Positions 18,579 through 27,329 are shown, counted from the stretch's first letter. The stretch is 64,000 nt of DNA from a bacterium (GCA_044868695.1 JBIOWP010000053.1:9465-73464), one strand, 5' to 3'. The notes: generated from the sequence alone by a model not told the origin. Numbers and translations are program-made.

Positions 18579-18710
18579 ATGGGAAGTGTCCGGGCGTCGG
18601 TTCTGCTTGTCATTGCCGGCACGGTGTCTCTGGTGCTCGCACTGGGCCTGCGCCGCGGGTCCGGGAGCGGGTACCACCACCCTCCCGATGCGCTAGCCGT
18701 CTGGGGCTGA
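18579..18710 (+). CDS. 43-aa single-pass membrane peptide (not in supplied ORF track)
   Basis: AGGGAGG RBS 6 nt before the ATG. Translates to MGSVRASVLLVIAGTVSLVLALGLRRGSGSGYHHPPDALAVWG. Confidence 0.35.
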   Translation: MGSVRASVLLVIAGTVSLVLALGLRRGSGSGYHHPPDALAVWG

Positions 18711-18736
18711 TTACGGGGTTCACGCATGGCAACGTT

Positions 18737-18779
18737 GGGGTTTTTCCCCAATGGGCTTCCGGACTTCACCCTATTCCTG
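18737..18779 (+). promoter_or_regulatory. recurrent promoter-like motif, copy H (GGGGTTTTTCC-N13-GGACTT-CACCCTATTCCTG)
   Basis: Sequence motif upstream of the NusG-like gene that heads the polysaccharide locus. Confidence 0.4.
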
Positions 18780-19106
18780 ACCATGATGGATGGCTCTTAT
18801 CTTCTAAGCCGTGACGCCGGAGCAGTCGGTGGGCTCCCCCCGCACGGCGATCGCGGGTTCAGCGAGTGGCCGGGCAAGTGAGGCGGACGGCGCGCGGGGT
18901 GGATCTCACGGCTGGCGCCCTTGGTCGTGACCGCGGACCTCGTCCTCCAAGCGGCGCCGTCCGTCACTCCCGGCAGAAGGACCGGCCTGCGGCGCGGGCA
19001 CGAGCCGCGCTCCGCGGGTCGCGACAACCAGGCGACGATGACGCACATGGGTAGGCTTGGGTCACCAACTCAAACCGAAGGGGGCGAAGCCTTGCCGCGC
19101 GTCGGG

Positions 19107-19655
19107 ATGCTCGCCACGGCGGACGTCGACACGCCGCGCGTCCCCACGGTAGGGGCGCCGCCCTGGTACGCATTGTGGACGCGCAGCCACTGCGAGCGGC
19201 TGGTCTTCGACCATCTCGTCGCCAAGGGGTTCGACGCGTTCCTGCCGGTGGTCGACATCTGGTCGGTTCGCGCCGGCGTCCGCCGCCGCATCCAGATGCC
19301 CATGTTTCCCGGCTACCTCTTTCTCCGCCACGCGATGGACAAGTACAGCTACATCGAGGTCCGGAAAGCCCGTGGCCTCGTGACTGTGCTGGGGGAGAGC
19401 TGGGATCGCCTCGCCCCGGTGCCCGACGATGAGGTCGAGGCGATTCAGGCCGTCGTGCGCTCACAGATGCCCGTGCTGCCCTACGCGTATCTGCGCGACG
19501 GACAGCGGGTCCGTATTGTCCGCGGGCCGCTCGCCGATGTTGAGGGGTTCCTCGTGCGGCAGAAGCCGAACGCAGGACTCCTCGTCCTCTCCGTCCAGTT
19601 GCTCCAGCGAAGCGTCGCCGTCGAGGTGGACTGCACATGGGTAGTCCCGGCGTAG
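19107..19655 (+). CDS. NusG-family transcription antiterminator paralog (UpxY/LoaP/RfaH-like; NGN + KOW)
   Basis: NGN domain (WYALWTRSHCERLVFDHLVAKGFDAFLPV...MFPGYLFLR) and KOW motif (GQRVRIVRGPLADVEGFLV). Start is uncertain; the ORF extends to 18921. First gene of a long + strand array. Confidence 0.75.
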   Translation: MLATADVDTPRVPTVGAPPWYALWTRSHCERLVFDHLVAKGFDAFLPVVDIWSVRAGVRRRIQMPMFPGYLFLRHAMDKYSYIEVRKARGLVTVLGESWDRLAPVPDDEVEAIQAVVRSQMPVLPYAYLRDGQRVRIVRGPLADVEGFLVRQKPNAGLLVLSVQLLQRSVAVEVDCTWVVPA

Positions 19656-21184
19656 CGGCGAGACCAGGCGCGGGGCTGGAGGCGGCGCTGACGGTGTGGC
19701 ATCGGCGTAAGTGGGTGGCGGTCGCCATCGTCCTGGTTCTGCTTGCGGCGACCATCGGGGTGTCGCTGACCCTCCCCGACGTCTACCAGTCGACGGTCAC
19801 CGTGCTCGTCGACCGGCAACAGGCGGCCGGGGATTTCGCCGCGCAGGCGGCGGCGTCCACAGAACTCGAGACGAGGCTCCGGGCCATCATGCAGCGGATC
19901 CTGAGCCGCTCGTCCCTCTACGACCTCGCGATCCGGTTCGACCTCTATCCCCAGCTGCGTTCGAGGGCGACCGAGGAGGACATCGTGGCGCGGATGCGCC
20001 GCGACGTCCGTGTGGAGTTTCAGGAAGTCCGGGACATGCTGGCCTGGCGGACGACGACGATCGCGCTCAACGTCAGTTACGTCGGGCGCGATCCCGAGAT
20101 GGTCGCACGTGTCACCAACGCCCTGGCCGCCCTCTACGTCGAGGAAAACGTCCGGCTCCGAGAGCAGCAGACGGCCGGCACCACGGAATTCCTGCGGGCG
20201 CAGCTCGAGGATGCTAGGCGGCAGTTGGAGGAACAGGACCGGCAGATCAGCGTCTTCAAGGAGCGCCACATCGGCGAGCTCCCGGAACAGCAGATGACCA
20301 ACCTGGCCGCGCTGGAGCGGCTGAGCGCGAAGCTCCGCGTGATCGGCGATCTGGAACTCCGGGCGATGGCGCGGCGCGACGAGCTGGTGAAGCAGCTGGC
20401 CGAGTCCCCCGGTACCCCGGGCGGACTCGCCAAACTCAGGCAGGAACTCGCCAACCTGCGCACGCGCCTCACCGACGAGCATCCCGACGTTATGGCCCTC
20501 AAAGCGGAGATCGCCGCCGCCGAGCGCCAGCTTGCGGCCGAACGCATCGGGCGCACGGTCCGGGCGGGGTCACCAGAGGAGCCGTCGCTCCGCGATGCGC
20601 TCGCGGAAGTCGAAGCGCAGCTGACGGCGCTCCGCAACGAGGAGCGGGCGCTGCGGAGTACGGTGGCGACATACGAGCAGCGGGTGGCCAATGCTCCACG
20701 GCAGGTGCAGGAGTTCGACCAGCTGTCTCGGGACTATGCCGGGCTTCAGGAGCGGTACCGGCAGCTGCGCGAGCGGTATGAGGACGCGCAGGTCGCGGAA
20801 CAGATCGCGCAGCGCCCGCAAGGTGAGTTCCGCATCCTCGATGCCGCCGTCCCGCCTCAGAAGCCGGTCGCGCCCAACCGCATCGCGCTCCTCTTTGTCG
20901 GTCTGGTCGTTTCGTTCGGAGCCGCGGTCGGGGCGGTGCTGCTCGCCGAGGGACGCGATACCTCGTTCCACACCGTCGACGACGTGCGCGCGTTCACCGG
21001 CGTCCCGGTTCTGGTCAGCATTCCGCCGATCATCACCGGAGGAGATACCCGGGCACGCCGGCTCCGCGCGGGCCTGGCCGTCTTCGCCACGGCGCTCGGG
21101 GCCGCCGCGGTCGGCGGTGCCTCGGCCTACCTCGCTCGCTCGAGCGAGACGCTGGTCCGCCTCCTGACCCCGGGGCGTTTCTGA
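19637..21184 (+). CDS. polysaccharide chain-length determinant (Wzz/PCP family, GumC/EpsF-like)
   Basis: N-terminal TM helix (WVAVAIVLVLLAATIGVSL), long periplasmic coiled coil, and a second TM near the C-terminus (IALLFVGLVVSFGAAVGAVLLA). Confidence 0.85.
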   Translation: MGSPGVAARPGAGLEAALTVWHRRKWVAVAIVLVLLAATIGVSLTLPDVYQSTVTVLVDRQQAAGDFAAQAAASTELETRLRAIMQRILSRSSLYDLAIRFDLYPQLRSRATEEDIVARMRRDVRVEFQEVRDMLAWRTTTIALNVSYVGRDPEMVARVTNALAALYVEENVRLREQQTAGTTEFLRAQLEDARRQLEEQDRQISVFKERHIGELPEQQMTNLAALERLSAKLRVIGDLELRAMARRDELVKQLAESPGTPGGLAKLRQELANLRTRLTDEHPDVMALKAEIAAAERQLAAERIGRTVRAGSPEEPSLRDALAEVEAQLTALRNEERALRSTVATYEQRVANAPRQVQEFDQLSRDYAGLQERYRQLRERYEDAQVAEQIAQRPQGEFRILDAAVPPQKPVAPNRIALLFVGLVVSFGAAVGAVLLAEGRDTSFHTVDDVRAFTGVPVLVSIPPIITGGDTRARRLRAGLAVFATALGAAAVGGASAYLARSSETLVRLLTPGRF

Positions 21185-21188
21185 TCTG

Positions 21189-21983
21189 GTGGCGGTCGTG
21201 AGTCTACACACCATGCAGCGTCCGGTGACCGACACACATACTCAGAGCGACGCGCGCACGTGGCGCGGAGACGCCCTCGACGGGCATCTGGTCAGTTTTG
21301 TTGATCCCACCTCGTTTGAGGCGGACCAGTACCGGACCCTGCGCCACGTCCTGGAAGGGCAGCATCCGGCGAAGCGGCTCATCGCCGTCACCAGCGCCAT
21401 CGCTGGCGACGGGAAGACCACGACGGCCATCAATCTGGCAGGCGCCCTGGCGCATGCCCCCGAGGCGCGGATCCTCCTGATGGACCTCGACCTGCGGACG
21501 CCGTCGGCCGGGAAGCGGCTGGGGCTTGGCAGCCAGAGCCCGGGGCTGGTGGATCTCCTGCTCGATCCCGACCTCACGCTGACTGATGTCGCCCGTCAGC
21601 ATCCCAGGTTTCGCCTGGCCGCCGTGCCGGCCGGCCGCGCGATGAACGTGCCCTACGAATTGTTGAAATCTCCACGGCTGAGCGACCTGCTGCGCCAGGC
21701 ACGGCAGCAGTACGACTACGTGATCGTAGACACGCCCCCGCTGGTGCCGGTCCCGGACTCCCGGTTGATCGCAGACCGCGTGGATGGGTTTGTGCTGGTG
21801 GTGTCGGCCCACCGGACGCCCCGTCAACTGTTCGGGGAAGCGTTGAGCATGATGGACCCCACCAAGGTCATCGGCATCGTGTTCAACGGTGACGACCGCC
21901 CGCTCTCCCGGTACTACGGCTACTACTACGGCTACGGCCACCGCGGGCGTGACGCGCGGCGAGGGAGAGGGCGGAGCCGGTGA
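21189..21983 (+). CDS. tyrosine-protein kinase (BY-kinase catalytic domain, CpsD/CapB/EpsB-like)
   Basis: Walker A (AIAGDGKTTTAINLA), Walker A' (ILLMDLDLR), Walker B (YDYVIVDTPP). C-terminal Tyr cluster YYGYYYGYG followed by an Arg-rich tail. Confidence 0.9.
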   Translation: MAVVSLHTMQRPVTDTHTQSDARTWRGDALDGHLVSFVDPTSFEADQYRTLRHVLEGQHPAKRLIAVTSAIAGDGKTTTAINLAGALAHAPEARILLMDLDLRTPSAGKRLGLGSQSPGLVDLLLDPDLTLTDVARQHPRFRLAAVPAGRAMNVPYELLKSPRLSDLLRQARQQYDYVIVDTPPLVPVPDSRLIADRVDGFVLVVSAHRTPRQLFGEALSMMDPTKVIGIVFNGDDRPLSRYYGYYYGYGHRGRDARRGRGRSR

Positions 21984-22008
21984 GTCGATCGCAGGGAAGA
22001 GGGATAAG

Positions 22009-22686
22009 ATGGCGACCAGCCTGATTCAACATCTGATTCAGCAGGTGACCGTGGGACGTGAAGCCCGCGTCCTTCGCGAGCCGTTGTACAAGCGTATTCT
22101 CGACGTCACCGGTGTCATCGGGGCGCACCTCGTCTTGTTCCCGGTGTTTGCGTTGTTCTGGGTGGCGATCCCGCTGGCCATCTGGCTGGACGACCGGGGC
22201 CCGGTGTTTTACCGGCAGCCGCGGATCGGAAAAGGCGGAAGGGCGTTCACTATCATCAAGTTCCGCACGATGGTCTCCGACGCGGACGCGCGCCTCGCTT
22301 CCGATCCGCAGTTGCGCGCGCGGTTCGCCGAGTCGTACAAACTGCGGGACGATCCGCGGGTGACCCGGGTGGGGCGGTGGCTTCGCGCATGGAGTCTGGA
22401 CGAGCTGCCGCAGTTGCTGAATGTGCTGAAAGGGGACATGAGTCTGGTCGGCCCGCGGCCCATCGTAGAGGACGAGCTGTCGAAGTACGGGCCATGGGGA
22501 AGCCGGCTCCTGAGCGTGAAACCCGGGCTCACCGGCCTGTGGCAGGTGCTGCGCCACGAAGAGCTCGACTACGGGCGGCGCATCAAGCTGGACATGTTCT
22601 ACCTCGACCATCGAAGCTTGCGGCTCGATCTCGCGATCCTGCTGCGCACGCTGCCATCGGTCTTGGCGCGGCGGGGAGCGTACTAA
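22009..22686 (+). CDS. undecaprenyl-phosphate sugar phosphotransferase (bacterial sugar transferase, PF02397; EpsB/WbaP C-terminal type)
   Basis: TM helix followed by the KFRTM / DELPQL / GDMSLVGPRP motifs. Confidence 0.9.
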   Translation: MATSLIQHLIQQVTVGREARVLREPLYKRILDVTGVIGAHLVLFPVFALFWVAIPLAIWLDDRGPVFYRQPRIGKGGRAFTIIKFRTMVSDADARLASDPQLRARFAESYKLRDDPRVTRVGRWLRAWSLDELPQLLNVLKGDMSLVGPRPIVEDELSKYGPWGSRLLSVKPGLTGLWQVLRHEELDYGRRIKLDMFYLDHRSLRLDLAILLRTLPSVLARRGAY

Positions 22687-22695
22687 CAGACGCGT

Positions 22696-23319
22696 ATGGC
22701 GACGTCCGGACAGCGCAGGCAGATCGTCGACGAGTACTGCAGAACGCGGGGCCGCCAGGCGGCCGATGCCGTGGTGATGGCCTACTGGCCGCTGCTGCGG
22801 CGGTGGACGCATCCGTACCACAGTGTGCGGGTTCCCCGCGACGACATCCTGCAGATCGCCGCCTGCGGGCTGCTCAAATCTCTGGCGCGCTTCGATCCGC
22901 GCCGGGCCAGCTTCGACACGTATGCCCGCCATTGCGTGCTCGGCGAGGTCCGCCACTTCCTGCGCGACCACAGCGCCGTCGTGCGGGTGCCGCGATCGAT
23001 GCGGGGGCGCGGCGAAGGTCCGCTGATGCAGTCGCTGGATGCGATGCTGGACGACGCGGAATCCGGCCGGCCGCCGCTACAGATCGGACGGGACGACCCT
23101 GGGGTGGGGCAGGCGGAAGCCCGCGTCCAGCTCTGGGAACTGCTGCGCGACCTCAACCCGCGCCAGGGCGCCGCACTGTTGCTGTGGGTCGGGTTCCAGC
23201 TGCCGCAGCAGACCGTCGCCGACGTCCTGGGCGTGCCGCAGAACGCGGTCAGCCGGCTGTGCAGCCGGGCCCTGCAAACCCTGCGCGCGCGGGCGGGCAC
23301 GAGCCCCAACCGCAGGTGA
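22696..23319 (+). CDS. group-3 (SigB/SigF/FliA-type) alternative sigma factor
   Basis: Region 2 (ILQIAACGLLKSLARFDPRRASFDTYARHCVLGEVRHFLRD) matches the SigB/F pattern D-L-I-Q-x-G-x-x-G-L-x-x-A-x-x-x-F-D...F-x-x-Y-A-x-x-x-I-x-G-E-I-x-R-x-L-R-D. Region 4 HTH is present (LPQQTVADVLGVPQNAVSRLCSRAL). Confidence 0.75.
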   Translation: MATSGQRRQIVDEYCRTRGRQAADAVVMAYWPLLRRWTHPYHSVRVPRDDILQIAACGLLKSLARFDPRRASFDTYARHCVLGEVRHFLRDHSAVVRVPRSMRGRGEGPLMQSLDAMLDDAESGRPPLQIGRDDPGVGQAEARVQLWELLRDLNPRQGAALLLWVGFQLPQQTVADVLGVPQNAVSRLCSRALQTLRARAGTSPNRR

Positions 23320-23329
23320 GCCGGATCGC

Positions 23330-24688
23330 GTGACCCAGAGCCCAGGGGCAGAGTGGTGGCGGCCGGCAGGCGCGCGCGCCGCGACCCTGCCGCGCGCACC
23401 CGGGTCGATCGCCGGGGACAGCCCGGTGCCGTTCGCGGCGCTACTGGTCTTCGTGGTTGTCCTGATGCTCGCACCGAACGCCTTCGTGCCGGGCGTCGGG
23501 CGTGTGCGCCTGGCGCTGCTCACGGGTGTCTTCGCTGTCGCGGCACACTGCTGGACCCGATACAGCGCGGGGCGGCCGCTCATGGCCCACTCGCGGGAAA
23601 CCTGGCTGGTCGGTGCCCTCCTCGGCTGGATGATCCTGACCCTCCCGCTGTCCCAGTCGCCGGCCGCGAGCCTGGTTCTGTTTGATGATTACCTCAAGAC
23701 GCTGGGCGTCTTCTGGCTCCTCAGTAACACCGTGACCACCCAGGGGCGGCTGCGCGCGGTGGCGTGGACGCTCAGCCTGACTGCCGTCCCGCTGGCCGTC
23801 ACCAGCATACGGAACTTTCTCGCCGACAACGTGGTGCGCGGGAGGATCGTCGGCTTCAATGTGTTGACCTCGGACCCGAACGCCCTGGCGATGGTGCTGA
23901 ACCTCATCCTGCCCCTGACCGTGGCCCTCTTCCTGATCAGCCGCACTCCGATGGTGCGCGGCGTGTTGATCACGCTGATGGCGCTCGATGTGGGCGCCGT
24001 CGTCGTGACGTTCTCCCGGGGCGGCTTTCTGACGCTGGCGGCGATCTTCGTGCTGTACCTGCGGACCCTGCAGCGGTGGCGCCGGTGGAGGTGGGTCATC
24101 GCCGCGCTGGTGCTCGCGACCGCGGCGGTCCCGCTGCTGCCGGCCGAATATCTGGATCGCCTCGGCACCATCACGAACATCCAGGCCGATACGACGGGGG
24201 CTGCCCAGGAGCGGTGGGAGCTCACCCAGGCCGGTCTGCAGTATGTGAAGCACCACCCGCTGTTTGGCGCCGGGCTGGGGATGAACGTGATCGCCGACTG
24301 CGAGCGCCGCGGGGTGCTGGCCGAAAACTGCGCCAGCGTGTGCGCGCAGCCGCTGGTGGTCCCGTGCCTCTTCGTCCATAACGTCTACCTGCAGTACGCG
24401 ATGGACCTGGGGTGGCCCGGGCTGGCCCTGTTCCTCCTCTTGCTCGCAACCTCCGCGCGCGGCGCCGCGTGGGTCCGCGACCGCTGCGCCGCCTTCCCCG
24501 CCCTCCGGGAGCTGGCGCCGTTGTCCGAAGCGGTCCGGATTGCGATTATCGCCTTCGCCCTGGCCGGGCTCTTTTATCCGTGGGCGTATTTCCTGTACTT
24601 CTATCTGTTTGCGGCGCTGGCGGTCGCCGCCGGCGCCATCTATAAGGGTGAGGCGCGCGCCGCCGCGCCGGCGCTGACCTCGCCATAA
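23330..24688 (+). CDS. O-antigen ligase/polymerase-like membrane protein (Wzy_C family; possible PEP-CTERM-type O-glycosylation ligase)
   Basis: GTG start just after the sigma gene. About 10 TM helices and a large periplasmic loop with Wzy_C-like features (VTFSRGGFLTLAAIFV...HNVYLQYAMDLG). Confidence 0.7.
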   Translation: MTQSPGAEWWRPAGARAATLPRAPGSIAGDSPVPFAALLVFVVVLMLAPNAFVPGVGRVRLALLTGVFAVAAHCWTRYSAGRPLMAHSRETWLVGALLGWMILTLPLSQSPAASLVLFDDYLKTLGVFWLLSNTVTTQGRLRAVAWTLSLTAVPLAVTSIRNFLADNVVRGRIVGFNVLTSDPNALAMVLNLILPLTVALFLISRTPMVRGVLITLMALDVGAVVVTFSRGGFLTLAAIFVLYLRTLQRWRRWRWVIAALVLATAAVPLLPAEYLDRLGTITNIQADTTGAAQERWELTQAGLQYVKHHPLFGAGLGMNVIADCERRGVLAENCASVCAQPLVVPCLFVHNVYLQYAMDLGWPGLALFLLLLATSARGAAWVRDRCAAFPALRELAPLSEAVRIAIIAFALAGLFYPWAYFLYFYLFAALAVAAGAIYKGEARAAAPALTSP

Positions 24689-24711
24689 GAGGCGCGGAAC
24701 GGAGGAGATCG

Positions 24712-25722
24712 ATGATGAACCCTGTGATGCCTAACCGCCCCGTGGAGCTGTTCTCCACCTGTCCCGCCTCTAGCCACACCGCGCAGGAGCTCTATTACGA
24801 CCGTGTGGTCGAGGTGGCACGCTGGAGCGAGGAGGCCGGGTGCACGGGAATCCTCGTGTACGCGGACAACAGTCAACTCGACCCCTGGGTGGTGTCACAG
24901 ATCATCGTCCAGCACACGACAGCGCTCTGCCCGCTCGTCGCCGTGCAGCCCGTGTACATGCATCCGTACGCCGTGGCCAAGATGGTGACCTCGTTCGGGC
25001 AGCTCTACGGTCGCCGGATCTACCTCAACATGGTGGCCGGCGGTTTCAAGAATGATCTTGCGGCGCTGCATGACACGACCCCCCATGATCTCCGCTATGC
25101 GCGTCTGGTGGAGTACACCACCATCATCACCCGGCTGCTTGCCGGCGAAGTGGTGAGCCACGCGGGGGAATTCTACACCGTCGACAAGCTGAAGCTTACC
25201 CCGGCGCTGCCGCCCCAGCTGCAACCCGGCGTGTTCGTGTCGGGGTCGTCGGAGGCGGGCCTCGGCGCCGCACGGACCCTCGGAGCGCTGGCGGTCAAAT
25301 ATCCCGAGCGCGCGGCGGAAGAGCAGGCTCCGCCCCAGGATGTCACATGCGGCGTGCGGGTCGGGATCATCGCGCGCCAGGAGAGCGTAGACGCTTGGGC
25401 CGTGGCGCGCGAGCGGTTCCCTGAAGACAGGCGCGGCCAGCTGACGCGCGAGCTGGCGACGAAAGTGTCGGACTCTGCCTGGCACCAGCAGCTCAGCGGC
25501 CTGGCCGCCGATGAGACGAGCCCGTACTGGCTTGTGCCGTTTCAGAACTACCACACGATGTGCCCGTATCTGGTCGGGAGCCACCGGCAGGTCGCAGAGG
25601 AAGTCGGCCGCTACGTCGGACTCGGCTACCGGACGTTCATTCTCGACATTCCGCGGACACCGGAAGATCTCCAGCATACCCGGCGTGTCTTCGAGGGGAT
25701 CTCGCAGACCGTGGCCCGATGA
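24712..25722 (+). CDS. LLM-class (luciferase-like) flavin-dependent monooxygenase
   Basis: TIM-barrel LLM features along the whole protein (YYDRVVEVARWSEEAGCTGILVY, LNMVAGG). Forms an ATGA stop/start overlap with the next gene. Confidence 0.8.
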   Translation: MMNPVMPNRPVELFSTCPASSHTAQELYYDRVVEVARWSEEAGCTGILVYADNSQLDPWVVSQIIVQHTTALCPLVAVQPVYMHPYAVAKMVTSFGQLYGRRIYLNMVAGGFKNDLAALHDTTPHDLRYARLVEYTTIITRLLAGEVVSHAGEFYTVDKLKLTPALPPQLQPGVFVSGSSEAGLGAARTLGALAVKYPERAAEEQAPPQDVTCGVRVGIIARQESVDAWAVARERFPEDRRGQLTRELATKVSDSAWHQQLSGLAADETSPYWLVPFQNYHTMCPYLVGSHRQVAEEVGRYVGLGYRTFILDIPRTPEDLQHTRRVFEGISQTVAR

Positions 25723-27329
25723 TCGAACGGCTCGAACACTGGGTGGCGGAGCAGGGGCAGCGTCGCCCGGACGCGACGGCGGTCGTGCTCGGCGACGAGC
25801 GCCACACGTATGGCCGCCTCGAGGCCCTCTCGAATCAACTGTCCCGGTGCCTGCTGGAGCTTGGGTGCGAGCGCGGCGACCGCGTCTGCCTGCTGAGCCC
25901 CAAGTCCCCGAGTGCCATCGCGGCGATCATCGGGATCTATAAGGCCGGCGCGATCTACGTGCCGCTCGACCCGGCCAGCCCGGCGCCACGGCTGGCCAAG
26001 ATCATCGACTCCTGCGAGCCCCGATGGCTGCTTGCCGCCGGGCCGGTCACCGGTCTCATCGATGACCTCGCCGGCGACGGCGGAGGCCGGTCGTCGCTGC
26101 GCGTCGGCTGGCTCGGGCTCGACCACCCGCAGACCGGCCGGGTCCGGATGACATTCTCGGCGCGCGACCTGGAGGGCTACCCGCCGGGCCCGGTGGGAAC
26201 GCCGGGTGGGCGGTCTGACCCGGCACACATCCTTTACACCTCCGGATCCACGGGGCAGCCGAAGGGTGTCATGATCACTCACGACAATGTGCTCCAGTTC
26301 ATCCAGTGGGCCGTGCGCTATTTCGACATGCGGCCGGGAGATCGAAACTCCTGCCACCCGCCGCTGCACTTTGACCTGTCGATGCTCGATATCTTCGGGA
26401 CGTTTGCGTCAGGCGGCGAGCTCCACCTGGTCCCGCCCGACATCAACGTCCTGCCGAACAAACTGGCTGAATTCATCCGGACCTCGGCGCTCGTCCAGTG
26501 GTTCTCTGTCCCGTCCGTCCTCAACTACATGGCGAAGTTCGACGTGGTGCGGTTCGATGACTTCCCGGCGCTCCGGCGCCTGCTGTGGTGCGGCGAGGTC
26601 TTTCCCACGCCGGCCCTGATCTACTGGATGCAACGCCTGCCGCACGTACAGTTCACGAACCTCTACGGGCCGACCGAGACCACGATCGCCAGCAGCTACT
26701 ACACATTGCCGGCGTGCCCGCAGGCGGAAACGGTGCAAGTGCCGATCGGGAGGGCGTGCGAAGGGGAGGAACTTTTCGTGCTCGATGACCGCCTGCAGCC
26801 TGTGCGGTCCGGCGATGTCGGCGAGCTCTGCATCGGCGGCGCCGGCGTGAGCCCCGGGTACTGGCGGGATCCCGACCGCACGCGCGCCGCGTTCCTCTCG
26901 CCTCCGGGGGCGGCCGACCCGGAGGCGCGGATGTACCGGACCGGCGATCTGGCGAGGGTCGGGGACGACGGCCTAGTCTACTTCCTGGGCCGCACCGACT
27001 CGCAGATCAAGCACCGGGGGTATCGCATCGAGCTGGGCGAGATCGAGACCGCGCTGCATGCCATGGGCAGCCTGCGCGAAGTCGCCGTCGTGGGCGTCAC
27101 TGCGAGCGGGTTCGAGGGGACCAGCATCTGCTGCGCGTACGTGCCCGCGGCCGGCCGGTCGCTCTCGCCCACGATGCTCCGCCAGCACTTGAGCCGGCGG
27201 CTGCCACCGTATATGTTGCCCGCGCGGTGGATGGCCCTGCGGGAGCTCCCCAAGAACGCCAACGGGAAGATCGATCGCCGCCGCCTGACTGAAATGTTCC
27301 AGCTCGAGGAGGCGGTGGGGTCCCGATGA
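25719..27329 (+). CDS. amino-acid adenylation domain / AMP-dependent ligase (stand-alone A domain, DltA-like)
   Basis: A3 core ILYTSGSTGQPKGV, A5 NLYGPTETT, A7-A8 YRTGDLARV...GRTDSQIKHRGYRIELGEIE, A10 PKNANGKIDR. Confidence 0.9.
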   Translation: MIERLEHWVAEQGQRRPDATAVVLGDERHTYGRLEALSNQLSRCLLELGCERGDRVCLLSPKSPSAIAAIIGIYKAGAIYVPLDPASPAPRLAKIIDSCEPRWLLAAGPVTGLIDDLAGDGGGRSSLRVGWLGLDHPQTGRVRMTFSARDLEGYPPGPVGTPGGRSDPAHILYTSGSTGQPKGVMITHDNVLQFIQWAVRYFDMRPGDRNSCHPPLHFDLSMLDIFGTFASGGELHLVPPDINVLPNKLAEFIRTSALVQWFSVPSVLNYMAKFDVVRFDDFPALRRLLWCGEVFPTPALIYWMQRLPHVQFTNLYGPTETTIASSYYTLPACPQAETVQVPIGRACEGEELFVLDDRLQPVRSGDVGELCIGGAGVSPGYWRDPDRTRAAFLSPPGAADPEARMYRTGDLARVGDDGLVYFLGRTDSQIKHRGYRIELGEIETALHAMGSLREVAVVGVTASGFEGTSICCAYVPAAGRSLSPTMLRQHLSRRLPPYMLPARWMALRELPKNANGKIDRRRLTEMFQLEEAVGSR

